The notes under the pieces were generated by a model, which was given only the letters and a program-made list of their open reading frames with translations, searched no databases and was not told the origin of the DNA. Positions 35,318 to 47,261 of a stretch of DNA of 64,000 bases are shown one piece after another. Numbering within the stretch: the stretch's first letter is position 1; every line of letters starts with the position of its first letter. The stretch covers positions 248,001-312,000 of the forward strand of contig CDLV01000014.1 of NCBI GenBank assembly GCA_001244265.2, read 5' to 3'. Position numbers and translations under genes: made by a program. The stretch is from Microbotryum violaceum. Its lineage: Eukaryota.

Positions 35318-38090
35318 ATGGCAGCCGTGATGATGCGTGCGATCGGTGTCAAGTCACCGTCGTCGTCGTCTTTGAACGGCGCGGCGGAAGGTGGCTCGAG
35401 TTCATCGACCTCGACGGCCACGGGCGAGCAGTGGGACGGTCAGTCGCTCGCTCGCCAAACCTCGCGACTGTCGCCACCGAACCCGGCGCTCGTACCGGGA
35501 CAGAAGATGGGCATCTTAATCAAGTCAGTACTTTTCATATCTTGTGATCTTCCTATGGTCTGCTGCTCCTTGGGTCCCGGTGTGGTGATGTGATGGGGCC
35601 ACGTGCGACGGGTGACTGGGCGACTGACGAGGCAGCTGGCAGCTGGTACGGCCTGGGCTGGGCTGGCGCCAGTGGCCTGGGCCAAGTCACATGCCGGTCC
35701 GAGGTTCGCGTTTGGGAGTCGCCGTCGGGTCTTTGATTGGCCTAGAGCGGGAGAGCGGGGTAAGAGTCGGGCTCCACCACGGCTGTCGATCACCGAATAC
35801 GGCACACGACGACTCAGGATCACCCTTCCAGTGTCGCGTCGTGGACCCAAGTACAGACCCAAGTTCAGGGTACATCGTCCATACGGGTACCGTCTTTGGG
35901 TCAATGTAGGACTTCATCTTGTGACGCTGCCCCAAGACTGCCCTAAACATGACTCGATGGTGGGATTTGGACGAGCAGATTGCTGACCGCACCCATTGCC
36001 TTTGCCCCACCTTTCCCCTCTGATTGGGTTTGCAACGAAAATCCCTCGCCTGACGTACTGCCCCACGTCATTCCTCCTATCGCGCTGCTATAATCGCACC
36101 TCATTCTTGCTGCAACGGAACGGTTTTGCCCGGAACACCCTCCAACAGCGCCCTGAGACCGACTTCACCCGAGACGGTCTACAACCTCAACGGCGCGGCC
36201 GGCTCCGCCTCGACCACCTCGTTGTCCGACGACGCTGCCGCTCTAGCTCCGGCCTCACTAGATTCCACGCTCGCCTCCTCCGCCGTCGGTTCCGAGCTGC
36301 GTTCGTCCGCCTCCTTACCTGCAACGGCCATGAATGATGCCCAGGATCGGGGTCGCTCGACGTCGCGCGACGCTGCAACGACCGTCACCCGGCCTTCACC
36401 CGGCGCCCGAGGCAAGTCCGACTTCACCGGCGCCGACAACGCGACCGGTAGTGGTCCCAAAATTCGGTTCGCCCCTTTGCCCGAGATTCGACAGCGAAGC
36501 TATAGCACCGGACGCAACATTTGGCTCGCCGACGGCGGGTCCGATCCCGGGGAAGCGTCGAAGAGGAGCATCGTTATTCGTCGAGATGGCGATACGGGAC
36601 CGCTCGACGACAGCGCGCTCGACGACGACGATAAGGACTACAGCTCTTCCGACGACGAAAAGCCGATCAAGACGATGTTTGGCGGCTGGAAGACGGACCT
36701 CACCTTTGGCGTCATTCCTTCGTCCTCTTTTTCGGCCTCGAGGTCGAGTCAGGGCGACGAATCGTCCTACTCCAAGCTGCTGCGCCCGCTTTCGTTCGGC
36801 ATGGTCGGTAAAAAGGACAAGAAGAAGCGTTCCAAGCGACCTAGTTCTGTCGACGGTCGATCGAGTTCCTTGTCACGCACGTCCTCGAACGATTCCGACG
36901 TCTCGAGGGGTACCTCGATCGGCTCGTACGATGGACGAGGCACAGGGATCCCGATGCGCAAAACGGCGACGTGGGAGTCCAGTGATTCGATCGGCGCCAG
37001 TCCAGCGAGGGAACCGAGAAGGGCCAACTACCCTCCCGTGGCGCAACGATCGAGGAATCGCGCTAGTCAGGCTTTACCATTGTCGATTTCGGCGCCCGAG
37101 TTCAACGAGTGGGGTACGGCGGGGAGCGTCGGATCGTTCACGTCCAAGTTGGGCACGAGCGCTGCCGACGACGATGACGGTGGAGGCATGGCTTGGATCA
37201 AAAAGCGTCGAGCGCAACGAGAGGCCGAAGCCAAACGGAAAGCCGAAGAAGAAGAAGCTGAGCGTAGGCGACTCGAGAACCAAGAGGCCGAGGAGGCGAT
37301 GAATGGCTTGGAGGACGAGGGCGTAGATGGACCTGATTTGGCGGACACGATGGAACTTCATGATGGCGGAGAGGACGGTTCGATGGGCGTGGAGACACCG
37401 ACGGCTTCGACTCCGAGAAAGGCCTTGCAGCTGGGCACCATCACAAGCCATATCGCCGCTTCCCAGAGGAGGGACGGTTCGTCGAGTGCGCTGTCGTCCG
37501 CGACCACTCCTCGGGTGTTGCAGATGCCCAAGATGGAGACCGGCATGTTTGAGCCAGTTGTCGAGATTTCCCCTTCCAGTGTCGAACGTTCCGGATCCCC
37601 CGAGCCACTCGGTACTGCGACGATCGTCCAACCTACCCCCGTGTCACCGACCACAGCCAAGATGGCCGCCCTCTCGCTCCAAAACTCGGATTCCGAGACC
37701 GACGATGAGGAGGAGGAGGACGAGGAAGGCGACTCCCAACGCGGCGACGACACCGATTCGGATTTGGACGAGGAAGAATTAGCCAAGGAAGAGGCGTTGG
37801 TCGAAAAAGCTCGAGTGACGGCCAAGTCGGCCGGTGCGGAACGCTACCATTCGGCATCGCATCAATCCGCGGTTCTGACGCCCCACGCGCGATCGGGAAG
37901 CACCTCGGGCCACGTCTCAAGCGTCCCCGGTTCGAGGATTCCAACGCCGAGTCGGCAATCGACCTTGACCCAAGCTGAGGCGGGTGCGCTCTCCGTTGGG
38001 GGTGTCGGGACTGGCGGATCTCGTCGGCTTGCGCCAAGTCGTCAAGCGACCATTACCCGGGCCGACTTTGACGAGCTCGTTCAGCAATGA
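35318..38090 (+). CDS. Uncharacterised disordered Ser-rich/acidic protein with RVxF-like motif
   Basis: Long ORF 36149-38090 joins in phase to an upstream exon via intron 35524-36148 (gtcagt...aacag); start may instead be 35168. Confidence 0.7.
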
Positions 38091-38699
38091 TGGTATTTTT
38101 GCTTTGAATCCATACGATCACACTCCATGTATCACTACACCGTCCTTGTCGATTATCCAACTCGTTTTGTCTCTCTTGCTTTCTCAGGGGGTTTGTTTTC
38201 TGTTTTTGGACCGACTGCTTCTCATTTTATATTTACTTCGTACAGCGCTTTCAGTTAGTTTCACGGGGGCTTTTATGAGTTGGTTCTGTGCGTCGTTCAA
38301 CTGCTTGTCTTTTGGTTCTCGGGATGTACGTTCGTCGTTCTAGTCTTGTGCAACTATGTGTTTTTGTCGCCACTTCTTCTGTCTTCTCATCCAGAATACG
38401 CAGCCAATCTTCGAGTCATCATTGAGTGGGTATCATGTTATTTCACCTTTTCATGTACAAAGGAGTCATTTTTGGTTTGAGCTTGGGACATAATGAGAGC
38501 AAGGAGAGAGAAGCAACAAGATCGTATACTATTTCTAAGAGAAAACACCTGGACCTGGTAACGCTATCGATCCTAATTAAAATCTTCTAGGCTTCTGAAA
38601 GAGAACGAGATACACTGGAGGTGCGCGAGTGTGGCGGAGTCCTATTTTGAGGAGAGAACTTCCTCCTCGCTTTGATACAGGATCGGTGGTGCCGATCTT

Positions 38700-41244
38700 T
38701 CAGCAAAAGATGCCACCCCCACCGAGACCCAAAAGCAGTTCCGCGCATTCGCGTTCTTGATCGACCATCTCGTTCGAGCAATCCATCTTGACCATCGACG
38801 CGGCTCCTTTTCCACCGAGGGAGAAGTAACTCTCCGCCTCGAGCTTGGGTGTCCCGAGTCCGGACGTCGTCGAGGTCGTGCAGGTCGAAGAGTAGCTCAA
38901 ATCGCCCATCGAGGACGAGCCGTCTCCATGGTCGTTCTCGTCTACACTTTCCTGAGACGACGAAAGCGCTTCACGAGGGGAAACGAAGCTCTTGGGATCG
39001 TGGGTCGACGAAGAGCCGGTATCGATGCGCAACATCTTGCGTGCTGCAGTAAGGCGCGTCTTTTCGGACGAGTTGGCGCGTCGGGGTCCGTTGTGGCTGT
39101 TCGATCGACCAGGTGCGCCTGCCGAGGACGAACGACTCGTCGACGAGCGACTACCGGATGATCCACGTCGCGAGGGTTTAGTGGCTGCTGGGCCGGTAGG
39201 CACGGCCGAGTACGATGTCTCGAGCGCGCGTTGACGCTTCCTCTCGAGAGCCGAGACGGCGCAAGCTTCTTCGCCTCCTGCTCGCGAAGTTTGCGACGTC
39301 GACGTGCCGCCCAAGGAGATGGATCGAATGGGGTTGGGTCGACGACTCGAACGAGCGTTGATCGACGCGGCTGTAGCAAGCGCAGGTTGATCGTCGTACA
39401 TCGCATCGGTGTCGGAGGAAGGGGCGTCCTCAGAAGAGAGCATCATGTGGCGAGAGGACTTGGTCTCGTTCTCGGCCGACTGCGCTTGCGCTTGAGCATG
39501 GGCGATCATCATCTTCCTCGTCAACGGTGCGGGGGATTGGTTCGGCGACGAAGGCGCATCGGACTGCATCAATCGCCATACCTCCTTGTCATGCGACTTG
39601 AACCCTCTCAGGACGGTGGGTGTGGCCGTCGGAGCACTCGAAGCGGGGAACGTGGATGATGTCGGTGACTCGGCTCGCTGGGTCTGTTGGGATTCGAGCC
39701 AGACTGCGCTCGCTCGACCACACTCGCTCGTCTGCAAAGAGAAGGATTCGCTCGTGTTGCTGTTGATGCTAACGTTGGACACGGTGCGTCGAAGTGTGGG
39801 CGCCTTGACTCGACCATCCTTGCTCATCGCAGCAGAGGAGGAAGCAGTCGTCGCGGTATCGGGGGAGGAAGGGAAATTGAACGAGTGGGGCAAGGAAGGT
39901 TTGCGCGCAGTCGGGGCGTGAGAGCCGAGCGGCCTTCGCTTGATGTGCTTCTTGGCCGCGATGACGCTCGTTGTCGAGGACCGATGCTGGAACTGGTCGG
40001 GCAACTCGTTCGTCGTGGGCTCGACAACGTAGACAGGGAGGGGAGGGGTAACACCCGACGATACGGCGGCCGGGATCGTGAAGGTGTGGCGGATCGGGGC
40101 CGTGTGGGCGGCAGAGATGTGCCATGTGTGGAAAGCGGATCCAGTAGCGTTGTTGAGGACGCTTGGGAGACCTCGATTGGCCGTGGTGGCCAGAGAATTG
40201 GATGCAGAGTCGGAGGAGGAAGAGGTCGCGGTCGGCACGGCTTGGTTCTCCTTGTCGGCGTCGGGGCGTCGGTAGATCTGCTCCGAGGATGGCAGCGATT
40301 CGAGGGCCTTGGCATGGAGGTAAGACCCGCCTCGTGCGTGGCCTCTGACTTGGGTGTGGTGACGATGAGGCTCTGTCGGTGACGGTCGGGACGGTCGGGG
40401 TGGGGACGAGGACATGGCAAACGACAGGCCTTCGAGGTCGGCGGCATCACGGTCCTGGTCAGTCGCGCTGCCCTCGGAGGAGTCGCCCGAGGTGCCAAGG
40501 TATGTACCGGCATCCTTCTTTTCTTTTTGCCTTTGGTGGGGATCCAAATAAGATGTCAGTGATACCACTCGTCGTCAAGAGAAGACTTGATGTGAATGTA
40601 TGTGGGTGTGTGATGGGTGACGGGCGAGCGGAGAAGCCATCTCGCAAGTTGAGCGAGCGGGCGCCGGGGGCAACAAACGCGCTGAGCCGCGTCGAACGGC
40701 CGCTGGAAATTTCGGGGCGCGCGCGCGACGACGACGCGGAGACAGAGAGGCAGGCGACCAAGCAGCACCCGAGCACCGTCCAAACGGCGAACGAAACAAA
40801 CACCCAGACCCCTTCTTAGAAGAAGCGTAGCACTCACCTCCTGTTTTGAAACCAAACTTGTAAAGCCCTGCCCGTCATGCCCAGTCGAGCGGACAGCGCG
40901 GCTCGTTGCGCCTGGGAAGGCAGCGGGTTGGCCTGGAACTCGGCTTCGAGGATGCGCAGCTCGTCCGGTGAAGTACGCCGACGCCGCTTGGGGATCAACG
41001 GGTTGTCCATAGTGCCCGCCTGCGACTGCGACTGCGAGTGCGACTGCGAGTGCGACTGTTGAGATTGCGGCTGGGATGCACGATGGGCGTAGACTGGTGG
41101 CCATTCTTGTTTGCTCGCAGTGGTCGAATCGGCGGTATTCGAGCCAGGCGACGATGGCGAGTGCGAGGGTGCGATCACGGCGGCGAACGCGGCTTGATCG
41201 GCGGGGAGCAGTACAGAAGGGAAGTTGCTCGTCGACGTCGACAT
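38700..41244 (-). CDS. Homeodomain transcription factor (Yox1/Yhp1-like)
   Basis: PKRRRRTSPDELRILEAEF...LQVWFQNRR|QKEKK split by an intron at ~40533-40837; long Ser-rich tail ending ECAELLLGL. Confidence 0.88.
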
Positions 41245-42406
41245 GATAGCAAGAACGTCGAGGTAGAAGAAAAGAAACACAAGGGAGCGAGACGGAGGGG
41301 GAGGATTGAATAAGCAAGACGCGGTTTGTGGTGTGTGTGGGTGGGTGGATGGGGTGTGACAAGTCAAAAGAGACGGGCTTGCGCTTGCAAACACGTCCCC
41401 CTCGAGGCGCGTTAGCAATCCGACGGGTTGAATGAGCTCCCTCCTTCTGCCTGCGCTCGGACCATCCTTCACGTCCTTTTCCCCACAAGGGTCTCAGTTC
41501 CACACCCCAACAACGGAACAGGGGCCTTTCAAATCTTCACTCGCACAACTGACACGTTCGAGCGAGGTGACGACTCGCCAGTAACAGTAAGTAGCACATC
41601 GCACAATACTGAAAAAATGTGGTCTCACTATTTTCAGCGTTGAGGTTTTCCGCGAGTCGAGATGAAGGTGAGGATGGGTTCACGTAAAGAGGTTGGTGAG
41701 ACGGTTGCTGGGGCGGGGTGCAAGCGTGTAAAAAATAAGCACCTCTTTCGCGTGCAACGGGGTTGATTAGTGCTTGCAGGGCTTTCGCAGACGCGCTCAC
41801 CACTATGATCGGGGTGCAGTGGGAGGTTGTGGCGCGTGGCGCGACGCACCCAGAATGAGATGCGCGTTCGTGTGGGCGAATGTGTGGAGGAGAGAGGCCG
41901 CTCGCGTGTATTCCTCAAATTACGGGCGCTTAGTGGTGGGCCGTGGAATGTCAAAAAATGCACCCCGGCCACCCACGGCCCTACCCTACGGGACCCGAAG
42001 AAACGGGCTGTAGACCGTCGATCGAATCGTAAGCCTTGTTTTTTTCTTTCCCCACGCTGGTTGGCATGTCTCAGCTTTCTCCGGTTTGTTACTAGCATTC
42101 TGGTCTAGTGGGTTTTTTGTCTCCTCGCGAGGAGCAGGGGTAAAAGAGCTTCATGTCTTTGCTTTGAGAATCGGGGCCGCCTGACGCCCGATCCCCGCTC
42201 GAGCCTCCGGCGCGTCGAAGTGTTGGCCTGCTTTTGAATTTTGATGTCTCACCCTGGCGTGCCCAGTTCAATTTCAACTTTTAGAACCGACTCGAGTAAG
42301 CTCGCGAGTCCGTTGTCCCGGCGGAGGTCTCGTCCCATCCAAACCTTCATTTGAACTCGGTCGCCCTACCCTGCGGAACCTTTTCGAACCGGAAACCACA
42401 CGAAAT

Positions 42407-43135
42407 ATGGGCGTTGTGGATCTTTTCGGTGGAGCGATCACGACGACTTACCCGTCCAACTTGACTGATGCGAGGTAAAATCGGACCCCCTATCGAGTGC
42501 ATATATTGAGCCTCGCCCCCAGTCCTGACACGACTTCTACAACGACCGTTTAGTGATGTCCGACAAGTTCCCGACACGCAAGAGGTGTACCTGTCCAACG
42601 ATTCGGACCTGTCGTTGATCTTGGAAGTGTTGCAGCTCGTAGAGGAGGAAGGGAGTGGAGAGTCGCTCGAGGCGGGAATACGGTATGTCCACAGTGTCTA
42701 TGGCCAATGCTACGAACTGAATACATCACCGTATAGTATGGACCTGATTTGATCCTCTACCCGTATAGGTACCACTTCGCCTCCCTGGCGCACGACAACG
42801 AAGCGCTTTCATACTCGATCGACTCCACCTCCCAACCCACCACCACCTCCCCTCATCCCCTCTTACAAGGCCCGATCACCCTCCTCGGTACCCAGTCCAT
42901 CTCTAAATTTAACAAAACCGCTTCCCAAGCCGACCAAGTGACCGTCTTCTTAGCACTATGGAGGATCCCGGAGAAGAAGACGGATTTGGTCCTGACGGTC
43001 AATTGGCCAAACGTTGTGTTTGATGAAGAGGGCAAGGCGAGCGATCAGAGTGAGGGAGTGGGGAGAGCGAAGAAGGCTTTTGAAGAAGCTGTGAAGGATC
43101 TCAAGGTTGTGGATTGGGGTTTGTTCGCCGTTTGA
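42407..43135 (+). CDS. MOG1: Ran guanine-nucleotide release factor Mog1
   Basis: LFGGAITT...DAS-DVRQVPDTQEVY, YHFASLAHDN, LALWRIPEKKTDLVLTVN, VVDWGLF; two introns. Confidence 0.9.
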
Positions 43136-43548
43136 CGCTAACCGGCGTTTGCGCGAGTTGAGTCGTCGCCTTTCCTTTCGCAAGGGGAAGCGGTACTCGA
43201 TCGAAAGACCATCAGCAAGCCGGGGTAGAGTGTAACAAAATTGTGAATACTACATCGCAAAGAAACGTAGCCAACCAAGACTAACAACGCAGCGCGATAA
43301 GGCTACTGCTCATCGCTTTCGGAGCTCGACTCGTCGTTCAACATCTCCTGCTCATTATCGTCTTCGGCACCGTAGTGACTCCTCCTGAATGCCCCGAACG
43401 CTTCAGTCCCTTCTCTGAGTGAAATCTGTGGGGGTTCCGTCCAGGAATGATTTCAATCAGTGGCCTTCCAGCTGACTAAGACAACAATCGAGAGATCTAT
43501 GAAGAAGGGGCCGAGAAAAAAACCACATCCGAACCCACCCCATTCCTC

Positions 43549-45307
43549 TCAAGTTCTCACGACGAACAACGCTTCGGGCCACCAAGGCGAATCCCACCTC
43601 TCCAAACTCACCTTGATCCTATAATCATCCGTGGTCGGTTCCTCTCCGGAAGTTTTGGTCTCGTTCGATGCAGCTTTAATCTGTTTTCTTCGGACGTGCC
43701 ATACGCGATTTCGGAACCCAATTTGTTCGAGCGAGGGACTGGACCTGCAGCGAGATGAAAACACCTTATAAGGCATGAGCTTCGTGCCTTCGGAAATCGG
43801 GCCTTGCAAAACTGACTCACGCAGCGATCGCTTCGATCTTCTCCATCGTAATCTCTGGAGTTTGAGCAAGGATGTGCAAGGTCTTGAGTCGGGGAAGATG
43901 CGAGATGGCGTTCGTCACACGCGGCTGTCGACGAAGAGGCCAAAACAAAGTCAGTCGATAGACTCGCCAGAGAGTTTATGGAACCCTAACTGACCAAACG
44001 TATTTCCCACCCCAAATGAATCACCATATCCTTCAAACCCTGTACCATACACAACCTCTCCACCTCTTCCACCTCCATCAACACCCCTGAACACTCGAAC
44101 TTTTCCAACCTCTTCCTCTTCACAATCGCATCCATCAAACTCGGCTCCACAATGGGCCATATCCATCCACCCGAAGCGGAAGTACCGGAATGATAGAGCG
44201 TGAAGGAGCGGAGGTCAGGGAGGTATTGGAGGAGGTGGCATAGAGAGGGAGAGAATTGGGTCGAGGTCGGGTGCTTGGGACCTGGGTGGGTTAGCTTGAG
44301 CGATCTTAGATGGGTGAGCAGGGGTGCCACTTCGATGTAGAAGGATGGAGGGATTGACGTCGCTTCGAGAGCCAAGTGCTCGAGGAAGGGAAGGGTCGCA
44401 AGTAGTGGGAGAAGTGTCGCTCCCGTAAGCCGCGAGCACCCTGCCAAAACGAGGGACTTGAGAGCCGAGCCTTGTAGGAAAGGAGAACAAGCAGAAACGA
44501 CCGAGTCGTTGATATTGGGCGACTCGCGACAGAGGATCGACAATTCTTGCAGTTCCAGCCAGCCTTCAGATTCGGGGTCAGCTTTCTTGGAAAGGTTTCG
44601 TTGTGTTTGTAAAAAGGCGGGTAGTATGTGAGCGATCGATCGATCGGGGAGGATGAGAGACAGTGTGCGCAGTTTCGGCAGTCGGAGCAGGTGGTCGGCA
44701 TCCCATGAACCGGGCGAGAGGTTTGTGTGCGCGTTAAGTTCGAATGAGCAAAGAGTGCTGATCGAGGTGATGGCTTCAAATACTCTGTTGAAGGAGATCA
44801 AAGAGGCCAGGTCGAACGGAGTCCCAGGTGCCGAGCTGAGTGGGGGGAGAAGTAAGAACTGACCGATCCGTCAAAGCCCCTTTTCGGGTCCAGATGAGAT
44901 GTTCGAGCCTAATCGCTTGCCGGAGCACTCTGACTGCCAGCTGTTCCATCTCGAGTCTTTCAGAGAGGATGAGCGACAAGGAAAAGACTCGGACCTCGAA
45001 CTTGCGGATCATGTGGCACAAGTGGGGGTTATCGGCTAGCGTGCGGAACACGAGTGAGACGATCGCCTGCGGGGTGACGCAAAGTGTTAGAGAAGCACTT
45101 GAAGGGGAGAGCATTTAAACTTGTAGTTCTGACCAGATCTCTTCCCCATAACCTAATCCACGAGTACTGCAGCCGCTCGGCCGGTGCTCGCCATTGCCGA
45201 CAAACGAGCGTCGCATGGCGCAAATCCGAGCGGCGACCGACCAAACGCTCGAGAATCAGAGGCAGAACTTCGATCGGTAAGTCTTGGAAGCCAGTCGTTG
45301 GGGGCAT
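43549..45307 (-). CDS. F-box / leucine-rich-repeat protein
   Basis: N-terminal F-box DLPIEVLPLILERL...LVCRQWR; LxxLxL repeats; GT-AG introns. Confidence 0.8.
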
Positions 45308-45581
45308 GGTCGAGTCCAACTGACTGACGCCGCCCGCCACCGATCAGGGAAAGGGAAAGGGAAGTCGAGAGGCGACGGGTCGTCAAGTGGAGGCCGTGTG
45401 GAGGCCGTGTGGAGGCCGTGTGGAGCGATCGATCGTTGTAATGGCGAAATGAAATTACCCATTACCGATCATCGACTTACGCGCGCGTGCGAAGCGCCGA
45501 GGCCGAGTGCGGAGGTGCTTACACAGTCACCTCCCCCGCTCTCCGACCCACTCAAATCCTCAAATCAATCAAGCCTACAAC

Positions 45582-47020
45582 ATGTCAGCGACCACTTCAG
45601 CGATCCCCATCATCGCACCCGCCAAGCCCAAGAATGCGCGATCCAAGCGAGCGCAACAGGCGAGGGAACCGCAGATGGTCAGTCACGAGCAGCCTTCGCA
45701 GCCTCGCATGGCCGCTCAGCCTCCACCCGAGATCGGCAAGACGAGGCGGGCGGACCACACGGTGCGTAGGTCCACTTTTGGCTGAGCTCTGTTTTTGAAC
45801 GTACGATCAGATTGAGAAGGGTGCCAAGACGGCCATGATTGTGCGAGGATCGTCCATCAGCGAAAAGGTCAAGGTAGCCTTGTCCGAATTGGTGAGTCGA
45901 GCGGGATTGTGGGACCTTTGACCTATGATCTCACAGCCACTCACACCTCCCACATGACTCCGCAACAGAACCAACTCAAAAAACCTCACTCCATCTCCTT
46001 CTCCAAGCCGAACCAGATCCGACCGTTCGAGGACTCGAGCTCCTTGTCGTTCTGGTCGACCAAGAACGATGCCTCGCTGTTCCTCGTCGGGACCCACACC
46101 AAGAAGCGACCCCACGTATTGATCTGGGTCAGATGTTTTGCCAACGAGGTCATGGAGATGCTTGAGGTTGGGATCGAGGAGGTCATGCCCATGTCCGCTT
46201 TCAAGGTGAGTCTTGCTCTCAAGTCTCGGTAGGCGAGAATTCTTCCCTCTGACCTCGCTTTCCTCTCTACCAGGGTATCAAATCCACACCCGGTTCGACC
46301 CCCTTGTTCCACTTTGCCTCGACCTCGTCCCATGCAAACCTCTGGGAGTCCCACCCGACCTTTACGCAGTACAAATCGCTCATGCTCGACTTCTTCCGCG
46401 GCGTCGAAATGGACGGTGTCGCTCTCAAAGGTCTTGAACGCGTCATCTCCATCACCATCGGCCACAACACCCTCGACGCCAATACCGAATCCCTCCAAGA
46501 CGCGCTCAACAGAGAATCGACGCAAAACAAGGGCCAAGCGGCCTTGTCGTCCCTTTTGACCTCTTCCTCCCAAGCCAAGTCAGGTACCCACGATTCGGAA
46601 GAAGATCCTACCCTCCCCTTGATCCATTTCCGTACCTACACCGTCAAATTCCTTCGTTCGGGCGTCTCGACCCCTCTCGTCGCTTTGGAACCCCACGGAC
46701 CCCACTTTTCATTCCGTTTGCGTCGTTCGCAATTGCCTTCGTCCGAGATGTGGAAGTTGGCCCTGAAGAAGGCCGAACCCAAGTCCAAGACGAGCAAACC
46801 CAAGAACAAGAATATCGATATCGATGAGATGGGTGACAAGGTCGGGAGGGTCTATGTTGATAAGCAGGATATGGGCACGTTGCAGGCGAGGAAGTTCAAG
46901 GGTCTCAAGGTCGAGAAGAAGGGGAAACGAGCAGCCGACAACGAGGGGGAGGCACACGAGGAGGAGCCAGAAGAAAAGAGCTCGAATAAGAGAAGTCGAC
47001 GATCGGAGGCGCAGGAGTAA
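45582..47020 (+). CDS. RPF2: Ribosome biogenesis Brix-domain protein Rpf2
   Basis: KPKNARSKRA...REPQ, KNDASLF...HTKKRPH, LMLDFFRG, EPHGPHFSFRLRR, DEMGDKVGRVY, LQARKFKGLK. Confidence 0.95.
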
Positions 47021-47261
47021 GGTCCTTAGGGGGCAACATTGTAATACCACCGTGTTTTGTATTCCTCGAACCTGACCGGGCCGCCGTATGGGAGACATGG
47101 CCAACGAGTGTACTTCTTCCTTCGCGGCTGGCTTTACAGATGACACAGGCCGACGAAGGCGGGACCTTTGAAAAGCTATTCATGATCCAAAGACCTGCGG
47201 CTTGACATATCTCGGTATCTCGACACGATTACACTTCTACGAGCGAGCATCAAACACTCAT

